NCBI GenBank assembly: GCA_023144005.1
Contig: JAGLGN010000020.1
Coordinates: 10,941 to 74,940, forward strand
Origin: a bacterium
Lineage (GTDB): Bacteria > AUK180
Direction: 5' to 3'
Length of the DNA stretch: 64,000 bases
Part shown: piece after piece, positions 38,231 to 47,754 of the stretch
How the letters are laid out: the number at the start of each line of letters is the position of its first letter
Position numbering within the stretch: the first letter of the stretch is position 1
The notes under the pieces: model-generated
What the model was told of the DNA's origin: nothing
Databases searched by the model: none
What the model saw: the letters and a program-made list of their open reading frames with translations, nothing else
Position numbers and translations under genes: made by a program

Positions 38231-41200
38231 TTACTCCTCGCCTCTTCTGAAATACACGGTCAGCACTATTGCTTCAGAACCGTCCACTGGACGGACCACA
38301 AGGAAATACACACCGGAGAGCAATTTATTACCTGACTCGTCTTCGGCTATATTCAACAGCATAGGCCCGTTTTCGGCAGATTCCCAGCTCATTAACTCTG
38401 AACCTCCCGCATCATATAGAGAAAGACCGTCGTCAGCCGCAAGATCGGTTACGCGGATAGTTCCCGTTGTGGGATTGGGGATCACGATGCATTGGTCATA
38501 TGTTTTAAAAGCGGTAAAATCACAATCGATAATTCCCGCGGAAAGATCAGTATATGTTCTGAATGCCGGGGTGTAGCTATAACCGGGAGCTGCGACCGAA
38601 ACCGTATATGTCTCTCCGGCATCAAGACCGGTGAATGTGAAAACACCCAGAATATTTGTCGAGACATTCATTTCCGCGCCACCTGTGACGGTGACAATTA
38701 GATCCGAAATGACGGAATCCGACAATTCATCGGTAACTTTTCCCTGTATGTCCCACTTATCGACCTGACCGGTGAAATCCGCATTTGATACGGATGAGGA
38801 AAGCTCGGTATAATTATGTGAGGCAGGGGTGAAAGTATAATGCGTGAGTGAAATAGTAACACTGTATGTCTCACCGCCGGGAAGATCGTCAAATCGATAG
38901 TACCCGGTGGCAGAAGTTAACAAGGATCCTGTAGAAAATCCCGACAGATCCACGCTTGCAGAAGAAATGGGATCACCCACACCATCCTCAACAATACCGG
39001 ATATGGTCCACTTGTCGTAAGCAGCCGTGAAATCGTTGGCTTCTGAATTATTGCTGAGATCAGGGACCGTTCTGGATGCCGGGACAAATGAATAATTTGT
39101 AAGTGAAGGAGTTATCGTATATGGGGACCCCGCAGGAAGATCACTGACAATGTAATATCCTGAGGCGTTCGTAGTCGTCGGCGTATCTGTAGTACCGTCT
39201 GAAACCGTTACAGTTACACCGGAAAGAGGCGAACTGTCTTCGGTGATGGTGCCGTCGAGGTACCATGTATTGATCACTGCGACATAGTCATCATCCTGGT
39301 TCGCGCTCGTATCCGAAAATGTCCTGGAAACCGGATCAAAAGTATAATGTGTCTTTGACAGTGTAACGGTATAAGTGGCATGGACAGGAAGGCCGGTGAA
39401 TGAAAAATTCCCGGAAGCATTTGTTACAGTGGTTCCGGTCGAATCACCCGAAAGGTCTGCAGTCACCCCTTCCAGAGGTGTGCTCATCGAATATCCGTCC
39501 CAAACGGTACCAGCGATGTTCATCGTCAACAGAGTCGCGTCAAATGGAGGGAAGATTAAATGATTTGTAATAAGATCGGAAATTTCCACTTCCGTTGGCG
39601 AAAACGAATACTGTAGATGAGAAGGTGTAAAGGTATAAGTGCCGCCCGCAGACAGATTTTCAAAAATGAAATATCCTGCTCCATCGGTTATTCTGCTTCC
39701 AGTGGAATCTCCTGTAAGATTAACGGCTATACCGGAAAATGGCGATCCATCAAGCTCTACATTACCTTCTACTTGGTAAAGGTGAAGCGTTCCTGTAAAA
39801 TCCTGATTCGTCATATCCCCGGAAAGATCGGGAAGTGTCCGTGAGGAGGGCGCAAAACCGTAATAAAGAGGATCAGGAGTAATAGTAAATGTTCCGCCCT
39901 GAAGAAGATTTGCGAACTCATAATAACCCGAAGCGTCAGTAATAGTGTTTCCCGTGGAATCTCCGCTTAGGGAAACCGAAACACCCTCAAGAGCAACTAC
40001 CATTGAATCCGCTATCGAGCCCGAGATCGTTGCGACGGGATCGGAAAGGGTACAGTCAAGGATGAAATACCCTCCCAGTTTGTCGCCTACAAAAATATAT
40101 TCCGAGTCGGCGTAGATGCAGTACGCCGAACCTGTAGTTTCATAATAACCCACTTCGGAAGGAGATGTGGGGTCAGAAACGTCCAGGATCCTGAGGCCGG
40201 CGGTATTGGCCGCTACATACAAATATCCGTTCTGATACCACACATCCACCGCTTCACCAAGTGTATTGTGGTAGGTTTCCAGAGACGGCGCAGAAGGGGT
40301 GGTGATATCTATTATCGCGACACCCGAATTTCCATCGGCGACAAAGGCATGATTTCCGTAGACTGCAACCCCGTTGGAAACACCGGTTGTATTATAATCT
40401 CCGACCTCAGTAGGTGAATCAGGATTTGAAACATTGAGGACCTTGAGGCCGTCAGCGCCGGAAGCCACATAGGCATAATCATTTACAACATACACATCAT
40501 ATACATACGATGGAACGGTATAAGAGCTCCGTTCCGTAGGAGAATCAGGAGTGGACACATCTATGATCCTCAAGCCGCCGGCCATATCCGCATCATAAAT
40601 ATCTGTTCCGTAGAGAAATATTTTAGTTGCCTCGTCCGGTGTATCGCACACTGCTAGGGCGGTCATTGAAGACGGATTACTGATATTCCAGACCCGGACC
40701 CCACTAATGTAGTCAGCTATATAGAGGTAATTTCCGGAGACGATAACATCCCTGGCATACCATCCGGTCGCCTTACTTTCAAGTACCTCTGGGTTATATG
40801 GGTCGGTAATGTCTACTGAAGTGATCCCCATGGAATCATTGGCAACATACAGATAATTGCCCTGACGCCAGATACCGTAAACATTTCCGGGAACATCAAG
40901 AACCGCTTTTTCAGAAACATTAGAGATATTTGTTACATCAAGAACTGAGAGTCCCCCTCTGCCGGCGGCAACATAGAGGTCGTTTCCGTTTACCGCCACG
41001 CCCCACGAGTAGCCATTCGCGTAAAATTGGTCCTCCTCCTGCATAAGGAACATCGCCATGGAATCATCCCATGTTTGTGAATAGGTCCTTATTCCGCCTG
41101 TATAATCGGCAACGAATGCCTCACTGCTGGAATTGTAAACGACATCTTTTGAGCTACTGGTAGTAAAGAAGTCCTCAACCATTGGGAAGCTGGGCACACT

Positions 41201-41884
41201 CACTATCTTACTCAGTTGGGAACCCGAACAAACCAATACAGGCTCAATACTGGCCGGATCATGTGTAATGCTCACTGCACTGCCTGGTACGGGAACACTA
41301 CCGGAATGAGTAATAGCGTAGGGATCTGAAATATCAAGACAATACATTCCGTCGGGACCGCCTGCCACATACAGCGTATTGGAAGCGAGCGATAGACTGA
41401 CGCCGTATCCTTCCTTAGCGGTATACTCGTCGGTCAGTGTAGGCGTATCGGAAGCGGTCACATCAAAGACCTTGACCCCATTGGCGGCAAAGCCGACATA
41501 GGCATAATTTCCGCTTGCCCAGACTCTCTGCGAGCTGGAAGCATAATATTCTCCCACATATGAGGGATTAAGCCGATCTGTAATATCAAGGACTACCAGA
41601 CCGTCATACAGATCAGTATAATAAAGACGGTTGCCGTCAACATAAACGTCATTTACTCTTTGAGTAGTGTCGTAGTAATTGACAAGCGCAGGATCCGTCG
41701 GAATTGATATATCATAGATACCTATGAATCCGTATGCCGCGGTATAAAGATATGTATCTGAATACGCTACTTTTTTGGGATCGCCTTCGAGCACAAAAGA
41801 TATCAGATCTACATTGGACGAGGCACCAGATACATAAGAAACACTCAGTAACATCAATATAACAAAAATAAATAATCGCTTCAT
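38231..41884 (-). CDS. secreted LVIVD-repeat beta-propeller protein with CarboxypepD_reg-like repeats and a T9SS-like C-terminal domain
   Basis: many YxYVA...GLxIxDVSxPxxP units; ~6 ISG...TDASGYYxF units; IPNP...LYDAGG...SGVYFL. Confidence 0.88.
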   Translation of the reverse strand: MKRLFIFVILMLLSVSYVSGASSNVDLISFVLEGDPKKVAYSDTYLYTAAYGFIGIYDISIPTDPALVNYYDTTQRVNDVYVDGNRLYYTDLYDGLVVLDITDRLNPSYVGEYYASSSQRVWASGNYAYVGFAANGVKVFDVTASDTPTLTDEYTAKEGYGVSLSLASNTLYVAGGPDGMYCLDISDPYAITHSGSVPVPGSAVSITHDPASIEPVLVCSGSQLSKIVSVPSFPMVEDFFTTSSSKDVVYNSSSEAFVADYTGGIRTYSQTWDDSMAMFLMQEEDQFYANGYSWGVAVNGNDLYVAAGRGGLSVLDVTNISNVSEKAVLDVPGNVYGIWRQGNYLYVANDSMGITSVDITDPYNPEVLESKATGWYARDVIVSGNYLYIADYISGVRVWNISNPSSMTALAVCDTPDEATKIFLYGTDIYDADMAGGLRIIDVSTPDSPTERSSYTVPSYVYDVYVVNDYAYVASGADGLKVLNVSNPDSPTEVGDYNTTGVSNGVAVYGNHAFVADGNSGVAIIDITTPSAPSLETYHNTLGEAVDVWYQNGYLYVAANTAGLRILDVSDPTSPSEVGYYETTGSAYCIYADSEYIFVGDKLGGYFILDCTLSDPVATISGSIADSMVVALEGVSVSLSGDSTGNTITDASGYYEFANLLQGGTFTITPDPLYYGFAPSSRTLPDLSGDMTNQDFTGTLHLYQVEGNVELDGSPFSGIAVNLTGDSTGSRITDGAGYFIFENLSAGGTYTFTPSHLQYSFSPTEVEISDLITNHLIFPPFDATLLTMNIAGTVWDGYSMSTPLEGVTADLSGDSTGTTVTNASGNFSFTGLPVHATYTVTLSKTHYTFDPVSRTFSDTSANQDDDYVAVINTWYLDGTITEDSSPLSGVTVTVSDGTTDTPTTTNASGYYIVSDLPAGSPYTITPSLTNYSFVPASRTVPDLSNNSEANDFTAAYDKWTISGIVEDGVGDPISSASVDLSGFSTGSLLTSATGYYRFDDLPGGETYSVTISLTHYTFTPASHNYTELSSSVSNADFTGQVDKWDIQGKVTDELSDSVISDLIVTVTGGAEMNVSTNILGVFTFTGLDAGETYTVSVAAPGYSYTPAFRTYTDLSAGIIDCDFTAFKTYDQCIVIPNPTTGTIRVTDLAADDGLSLYDAGGSELMSWESAENGPMLLNIAEDESGNKLLSGVYFLVVRPVDGSEAIVLTVYFRRGEE

Positions 41885-41910
41885 CCTCTTCCTCCGGAGT
41901 TTGTTCTTTT

Positions 41911-41939
41911 ATTATATAATTCTTAAAGGGATTTGTCAA
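41911..41939 (-). promoter_or_regulatory. perfect consensus sigma70 promoter for the LVIVD/barrel pair
   Basis: TTGACA-17 nt-TATAAT; GGAGG SD before the ATG at 41884. Confidence 0.8.
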
Positions 41940-42050
41940 AACGGGCAAAGAAAAATATAGAGTTTGAGGTTAGTGCTGAGAAGAGATAAGACCCGATCCC
42001 TTGTTCCACTGGTCCCCTGTCCCCTGCGAAGCGTAACCTGCGAACTTCTT

Positions 42051-42761
42051 TTATCTTTTCACTTTGCCAGTCAGATATCTCTGCTGCTCTTCTTCATCGA
42101 ATTTCTCTATCGCGTATCTCAGCATTGTTCTCGGCATTTTTTGATAATGCTTTTTTAAAAATTTAACTTCTACCGCATGATCACGATTGCCGATTTCTCT
42201 AAGCATCCATCCGACTGCTTTATGGATCAGATCCTCTTTATCATGCAAAAGCTGCTTTGAGATACGCAGCGCATCGGCAAATTGGCCCTTCCTGATATAG
42301 TAATAGGTAGCTATCATTGAGATCCGGCGTTCCCATAAGGAATTAGAGCGTGATAGCTCATCAAGCACCTTTTTATCTTTGTCTTCCAGATAAGCACCCA
42401 CAATATAATGGGCGGAGGTATCGACAAGATCCCAATTATTCACATATTCGGTATTCTTCAGATACAGGTCATAGATCTTACTCTGCTCCTCTGGATCGGT
42501 TCTTGTAAAGCGGTGCACGAAAAACAGTAATGCGAATAATCTGATCTCATGATACTTGGACTGCAGAAGTTTTTCCGCCGTCTCTAATGAAGCATCTTTA
42601 AATTTTTTGACCGCTTGGCGGATGACAGGAACTCTGATACCAAGGAAGATATCTCCATATCCGTATCCGCCCTTTGCTGTTTTGAAAAATCTTTGACAAT
42701 TGGCAGCTCTTTCCTTATCACCTAGACTCAAAAGATAATCTACAATTTCCTTATATTTCAT
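42051..42761 (-). CDS. alkD: DNA alkylation repair protein (AlkD-like HEAT-repeat glycosylase)
   Basis: FLGIRVP, NNWDLVD, LWERR, IHKAVGWMLRE, MPRTMLRYAIE motifs. Confidence 0.88.
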   Translation of the reverse strand: MKYKEIVDYLLSLGDKERAANCQRFFKTAKGGYGYGDIFLGIRVPVIRQAVKKFKDASLETAEKLLQSKYHEIRLFALLFFVHRFTRTDPEEQSKIYDLYLKNTEYVNNWDLVDTSAHYIVGAYLEDKDKKVLDELSRSNSLWERRISMIATYYYIRKGQFADALRISKQLLHDKEDLIHKAVGWMLREIGNRDHAVEVKFLKKHYQKMPRTMLRYAIEKFDEEEQQRYLTGKVKR

Positions 42762-42834
42762 TCATATACCTTTCTTTTCTTTAGTGTACTGTTTCATCGT
42801 AGCATATTTAATCAGGATTTTCAAAGAGCGGGGC

Positions 42835-42885
42835 TTGACAAAGGACCAATAATCCGCTATCATGTTAGTGAACATTAACTAACAT
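42835..42885 (+). promoter_or_regulatory. sigma70 promoter with an overlapping palindromic operator
   Basis: TTGACA-17 nt-TATCAT; ATGTTAGT-N8-ACTAACAT at 42862-42885 covering the start site. Confidence 0.7.
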
Positions 42886-42900
42886 TCAAGGGAGTGCTTT

Positions 42901-43263
42901 ATGGAATACACAAAATGGTCTATCAAAGAAGAAGACCTCAAAGATCTGACACTAATAGATGCTAGGAATCTCATCATCATTTGCTTTTACGAGGCCCAGA
43001 AAGAGTCGATCGCTTCAACTAAAAAAGACATGAACAGCAAGATCAATGACGGAGAAATGTATAACTCGGTATTGGCAAGAGTGAGATTCGCTTCGAAGCA
43101 ATGCGGAGGCGATTGGGAAAACCCCTCATTGGAATATCTTCTTAATATAGTGAAGTACCTTGAAAACAGTGCTTCTGCTGCAGGAACCCCTGATGACATC
43201 GTCGCTCATCATAAAAACCAGATTCTTAAAGTCCTTGAAGCATGCGATAAGCAGTGCGGCTAA
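42901..43263 (+). CDS. hypothetical helical protein
   Basis: own promoter, AAGGGAG SD, 120 aa. Confidence 0.75.
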   Translation: MEYTKWSIKEEDLKDLTLIDARNLIIICFYEAQKESIASTKKDMNSKINDGEMYNSVLARVRFASKQCGGDWENPSLEYLLNIVKYLENSASAAGTPDDIVAHHKNQILKVLEACDKQCG

Positions 43264-43287
43264 AGGAAAGAGGCTAGAGGTTAGAGG

Positions 43288-43815
43288 TTAATTCAGAGGG
43301 GAATATTTTTTATCGAGATAAATTGAGATGTGATTGCCTTCTATATCCCCATTTATTGTATGTATATCAACCTCTTCACCGCCATAAACAAATGCTTCAA
43401 TGATCCCGTCTTTGTCAGTATATACCTGGAAATAGGCGTATGCCATCAGAGTATTTCTACCATTATGTGTGATGGCTTCTTTTCCAATGCTCTCTTTTAT
43501 TTCATCCAAATCTCCTTCGTTTGCATGAACCCCCGCAAAGTAAGAGAGTTTTGAGCCATCGGTAAAATTTACGACAAGCTCAGGTTCGCCCCACTTTTCC
43601 GGCAGTGATTTCAATTCCTTCCCAGCCTCAAGGTCGCCATAGTGTCGATTTCGATATCTTTGAAGTTTAGTTCCAATTATTCTGGGATCCGTAAGATTAT
43701 TGTAGACTAGGAACCACACATATAACAATGGCACCGAAATTATTAAGCAAACAACAAGAAGACCGCTATCAAATTTCCGCTGTTTTCTCTTTCCGTTTTC
43801 CATATTATCGTTCAT
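43288..43815 (-). CDS. hypothetical membrane-anchored protein
   Basis: single N-terminal TM helix; 175 aa. Confidence 0.65.
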   Translation of the reverse strand: MNDNMENGKRKQRKFDSGLLVVCLIISVPLLYVWFLVYNNLTDPRIIGTKLQRYRNRHYGDLEAGKELKSLPEKWGEPELVVNFTDGSKLSYFAGVHANEGDLDEIKESIGKEAITHNGRNTLMAYAYFQVYTDKDGIIEAFVYGGEEVDIHTINGDIEGNHISIYLDKKYSPLN

Positions 43816-43869
43816 ATTATTTTCCGTTTCCCCACTTATCCTTTGTCCCCTCTTAGTTCTTCCTTTTCT

Positions 43870-45057
43870 CTATTTCTTAATTATCTTGAAGTATTTGTTC
43901 AAATACTCCCATCTATCTTTATTTTGCGTCATCATCTCTCTCAGAGGATAAAGGGAAGGTAATGTAAAATCGACGCGTTCACCTTCATACTTCAATGACA
44001 CTAAATATTCTTGATCAGCAATTCTTGTAGGGCTGATCGGAATTCTATTTATTATAAGATATTCCATTACCATTGTACTTAGGTTCTCTCGTTTTAAGGG
44101 ATCATTTTCATTTTGTAGCAGATCCGTAAGATAAGAAATTTTGACATCTCTATCCATTTCTCCTGAATTTAGCATTAGCCTTATCAGCTCTTCTTTCTCA
44201 AAATAATACACTGACCCATCATATATAATATAGCAGAAATCACTATCCAGCTTCCGGATTTTAACCTCGGATAGAAGTTCTCCCGAAGACATAAGAATAT
44301 ACAGAAAGTAATAATCGAAACAATACACACCAATTCTGTTATCTTTAAATACTTTGATCATAGGTTCCATTCCCGGAGCGTCTGGAAATTCTCTCTCAAG
44401 GACTACACCACCATCAAGGTTCAATACTTTCAGTATCGGGTACTTATAATCGTTATATACATAATTAATTTCCTTCTTAGAATTCTTGGTTCTACCTACA
44501 AATTCTTTTCTTTCTACTTTTGAACATAAGGCATAAAGAAACAATCCTGATGAATCAAATTCTATCTCCTGATTTATAACTCCAAATCGGCTCGGGCGTG
44601 AATATTTAAACCCTTGATCGGGTGGAAGTATATACTTCCCTAGTGTTTTGCCGTTAACATCCATAATCGCAAGCCTGTTTGCCTTGGTCATTATCGCAGT
44701 TGTACCGCTATTCGCTACCGTTGGAGGGAAATAATCGGGAATTCTTCTTTTCCATCTCACACGACCGCCATTATCTACAAAGGAGTACCTGCAAATTGTT
44801 ATCGGATCAAGTTCTCTGAAATAGTACTTCCTCCTCGAAGAATACAGCGTATATTTACCGTTTGGGGATTCATATTTTCTGTATCGATTCAAATGATCCT
44901 TTGAAGAATTTATCGAGTTAAGTGCTATAAATTTAGATATATGCGGCCTTAGCTGCTCACGGAAATAATACGAGGCAGATAGCATAGTAACAAGGATCAT
45001 CGAGATGATGAAACCCTTGCTAAATCTTATTTTGAAATCGTCGCTCCTCTTTTTCAT
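43870..45057 (-). CDS. hypothetical membrane-anchored protein, possibly a beta-propeller
   Basis: AAGGAG SD; N-terminal TM; repeated S/DxxG turn motifs (SPNGKY, DNGGRVRW, DSSG). Confidence 0.65.
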   Translation of the reverse strand: MKKRSDDFKIRFSKGFIISMILVTMLSASYYFREQLRPHISKFIALNSINSSKDHLNRYRKYESPNGKYTLYSSRRKYYFRELDPITICRYSFVDNGGRVRWKRRIPDYFPPTVANSGTTAIMTKANRLAIMDVNGKTLGKYILPPDQGFKYSRPSRFGVINQEIEFDSSGLFLYALCSKVERKEFVGRTKNSKKEINYVYNDYKYPILKVLNLDGGVVLEREFPDAPGMEPMIKVFKDNRIGVYCFDYYFLYILMSSGELLSEVKIRKLDSDFCYIIYDGSVYYFEKEELIRLMLNSGEMDRDVKISYLTDLLQNENDPLKRENLSTMVMEYLIINRIPISPTRIADQEYLVSLKYEGERVDFTLPSLYPLREMMTQNKDRWEYLNKYFKIIKK

Positions 45058-45218
45058 TGCTCCTTCTTATATGACTGTAACACTTTGCTCCAAGATATAC
45101 AAATATTACCGATGACGCAATCCAAGCACAAAGGTCCAGCTCTGCATATCCGATCCCCCTCTCAATCCATCATCCTATTATCCATTCCCACACCTCACAC
45201 TTCACCCTTTATTTTCCA

Positions 45219-45566
45219 CTACTTAGTTCCGACAAATATGGTTTTCTTGATCGGGGTTGGAGCTTTTACGACTAGAACCCGCAATACATCATTGCTCTCA
45301 TTGTACCAGCAGTGCACGATATCCTTCGGACTTTCTATTAAGGTATCCTTCGTGACTTCAATCTTCTCATCGCCGACCTCAACGATCCCCACACCTTCAA
45401 GTACATAGAACGCTACATCAACAGGCGTGATATGACGCTTCAATGACTGCCCGGGTTTCAAGGTGATGATTGTTATCATCGCCGTTTCCTTTTTGTACAG
45501 ATTGCGGGCGTCCACATCATGTGCATTTTCCATAATTCCAACTTCAGACAGCTTCTTCGTTATCAT
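45219..45566 (-). CDS. cupin-domain protein
   Basis: LKPGQSLKRH...FYVLEG.G...G...SPKDIVH; AAGGAG SD. Confidence 0.88.
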   Translation of the reverse strand: MITKKLSEVGIMENAHDVDARNLYKKETAMITIITLKPGQSLKRHITPVDVAFYVLEGVGIVEVGDEKIEVTKDTLIESPKDIVHCWYNESNDVLRVLVVKAPTPIKKTIFVGTK

Positions 45567-45601
45567 AGTTTTTCTCCTTATTATCAGTTATCAGTTATCA
45601 G

Positions 45602-45716
45602 GGACGTTGGTGAAGAGTGTGAAGAGTTTGAAGGTATTCAGAAAACAATATCCCCATAATTCCTATACTTATATAATATGGACTAAGCCAACTCTTCACA
45701 CTCTTCACCACCGTCC
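45602..45716. repeat. 27 bp inverted repeat pair with a 61 bp spacer, next to (TTATCAG)x3
   Basis: GGACGTTGGTGAAGAGTGTGAAGAGTT (45602-45628) vs the reverse complement of 45690-45716, 26/27 match. Confidence 0.85.
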
Positions 45717-46793
45717 TTAACTTTTAGTAAGATCCGAGAAAGTCAATCCAAGCTTTTTCAGAGTGTGTTTCATTACCTTTCTCGGAACAATGGCATTACC
45801 GATAAATAGTTTTGCCATGGCAAGCTGAACACGCCACGAAAAGCGGTTCTCCATACCCTTGCGGATCTTGAAACTGAATGAAGGGAGATGAGAATTATAC
45901 CCCAGATTTTTGTAATCCCTGTATATCATCAGCCAGTTCAATTTGCAATTCGTCACGAGCTGGCTCGAATTACCTTTGCTCAGAAGTCCACTGTCTTTCA
46001 ACTCCTGTCTGATCTTATCTGGAGAGTATTCAGGAAATACATGGAACGGCAGAAAGACCTCGGGAATGTCATCATCCTTCGTATCGGCACCATTCCAGAA
46101 TGTTTCAAGCTCGGGTCCTGTAAAGTCCTCTTTTTTCAGTAGTTCATCCGGAAACCAGTCGGATCTTAGCCGCGTATCAGCTATCTTGTAAAAATAATAT
46201 TCGATCTGATCAGGAGAATAACCGAGAATGATCATCGGGACCTTCTCTTCAACAGCGGTCTTCAGCAGGGCACTTTGCCAAATCACGGTACAGACCCTGC
46301 AAATACGGTCAACCGAATTCTTCTCATACTCCGATGTAAGAAGTTTACGATACACTTTCAAAGAGACCTGAACATGGTCTTTGAGCATACGATGATCTAT
46401 GGGAAGCAGTTCCTTTATTCTCTCTATATTCTTGAGGGCAACATCCGATTCCAGTCCATTGTCCACAGTTACGGCAAGTATCCTGAGATCACTGTTATCA
46501 AGCAGGAATTTCATAAGATAAGTACTGTCCTTTCCCCCGCTGTAAGCAAGTATACAATCGTATTTCCCCGACCCCTTCACATCCTTGAGCTTCTTCAGGA
46601 ATTCTGCGTAAAGCCGGTCTTTCTCTTCATATTGCTTTCGGACCTGAGGGTCCTTCAATACACCGAAATGGCTCTCTCCGGAACAAAATGAACATCTTCC
46701 GTCTTTATTGATCCGGACCTCCTCGATCGCGTCAACTGCCAGGCAGCTCTTACATCTTCTCATTATTCTACTCCTTCTCCATTTCTTCACCAC
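45717..46793 (-). CDS. PP-loop ATP pyrophosphatase of the N-acetyl-sugar amidotransferase-like type
   Basis: CxxC...CxxC N-terminus, YDCILAYSGGKDST, LAVTVDNG, CRVC, TNC. Confidence 0.8.
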   Translation of the reverse strand: MVKKWRRSRIMRRCKSCLAVDAIEEVRINKDGRCSFCSGESHFGVLKDPQVRKQYEEKDRLYAEFLKKLKDVKGSGKYDCILAYSGGKDSTYLMKFLLDNSDLRILAVTVDNGLESDVALKNIERIKELLPIDHRMLKDHVQVSLKVYRKLLTSEYEKNSVDRICRVCTVIWQSALLKTAVEEKVPMIILGYSPDQIEYYFYKIADTRLRSDWFPDELLKKEDFTGPELETFWNGADTKDDDIPEVFLPFHVFPEYSPDKIRQELKDSGLLSKGNSSQLVTNCKLNWLMIYRDYKNLGYNSHLPSFSFKIRKGMENRFSWRVQLAMAKLFIGNAIVPRKVMKHTLKKLGLTFSDLTKS

Positions 46794-47754
46794 CGTCCCT
46801 AATTCCTTCTTCGGTAATAAAGGCAGTGATATTCTCCACAGGCACTATATCAAAGGCAGGATTATATACATTCGCGTTTTCAGGGACCATTTGCCTGTTT
46901 CCCGAGTAACGGATCTCTTCCTCTCTTCTGATCTCGATCTTAATATCAGCTCCCGACGGGCATTTATCATCAAATGTCGATAATGGCGCGGCAACATAGA
47001 ACGGTATATGGTGATATTTGGCAAGTACCGAAAGCGGATAGGACCCTATCTTGTTCGCTGCATCGCCATTGGCGGCGATGCGGTCAGCGCCGATTATGAC
47101 CAGATCCACTTTTCCCGCCGCCATTAGCGACCCCGCCATATTATCACAGATAACTGTATTGGGGATACCCTTTTCGCTAAGCTCCCACGATGTCAGGCGG
47201 GCACCCTGCAGCAGCGGTCTGGTCTCATCGACCCAAACATGAAGTTTCTTGCCGTCTGAATGCGAAAAGAATATCGGCGACAGCGCCGTGCCGTGATCCC
47301 CCGTTGCAAGCGATCCCGCATTGCAATGTGTAAGTACATTGGCACCCTCCGGTATCAGATCCCTTCCGTTGAGCCCTATATTTTCACATCTCTTTATATC
47401 ATCACGCTGAATAAAAAGAGCCTCTTTCAAAAAGGCATCGGTCCTATGATCTTTCTCCAGGAGCGTATAGAATCTCTCTACCGCCCAAGCAAGATTCACC
47501 GCAGTCGGACGCGCCGCGGCAATATCCTTCATTGCTTTTCTGAGTTCTTCAATATCAACGATCTCTTTAGATGCGAGATAACAGCCGAAAGCACCTGCGA
47601 TGCCAAGAGCGGGCGCGCCTCTGACCGCAAGCGTCTTAATGGCATCTATCATCTGTCTATGATCTTTTATCTCAGTGATGACCTTCTCTGAAGGCAATCT
47701 GCGCTGGTCAATTATCACAATTTTTCCTTCCGCGTAATCGATCGGCCTTACCAT
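46768..47754 (-). CDS. mtnA: S-methyl-5-thioribose-1-phosphate isomerase
   Basis: VRGAPA, RPTAVNL, LTHCNAG, DETRPLLQGARLT, GADRIAANGD.ANKIG. Confidence 0.95.
   Translation of the reverse strand: MVRPIDYAEGKIVIIDQRRLPSEKVITEIKDHRQMIDAIKTLAVRGAPALGIAGAFGCYLASKEIVDIEELRKAMKDIAAARPTAVNLAWAVERFYTLLEKDHRTDAFLKEALFIQRDDIKRCENIGLNGRDLIPEGANVLTHCNAGSLATGDHGTALSPIFFSHSDGKKLHVWVDETRPLLQGARLTSWELSEKGIPNTVICDNMAGSLMAAGKVDLVIIGADRIAANGDAANKIGSYPLSVLAKYHHIPFYVAAPLSTFDDKCPSGADIKIEIRREEEIRYSGNRQMVPENANVYNPAFDIVPVENITAFITEEGIRDGGEEMEKE

Noticed and set aside
45717..46793. PP-loop protein as a lasso cyclase completing a lasso cluster
   Set aside because: Its Cys motifs and SGGKDS context fit sugar-amidotransferase-like enzymes rather than asparagine-synthetase-like cyclases; no precursor or B protein is present
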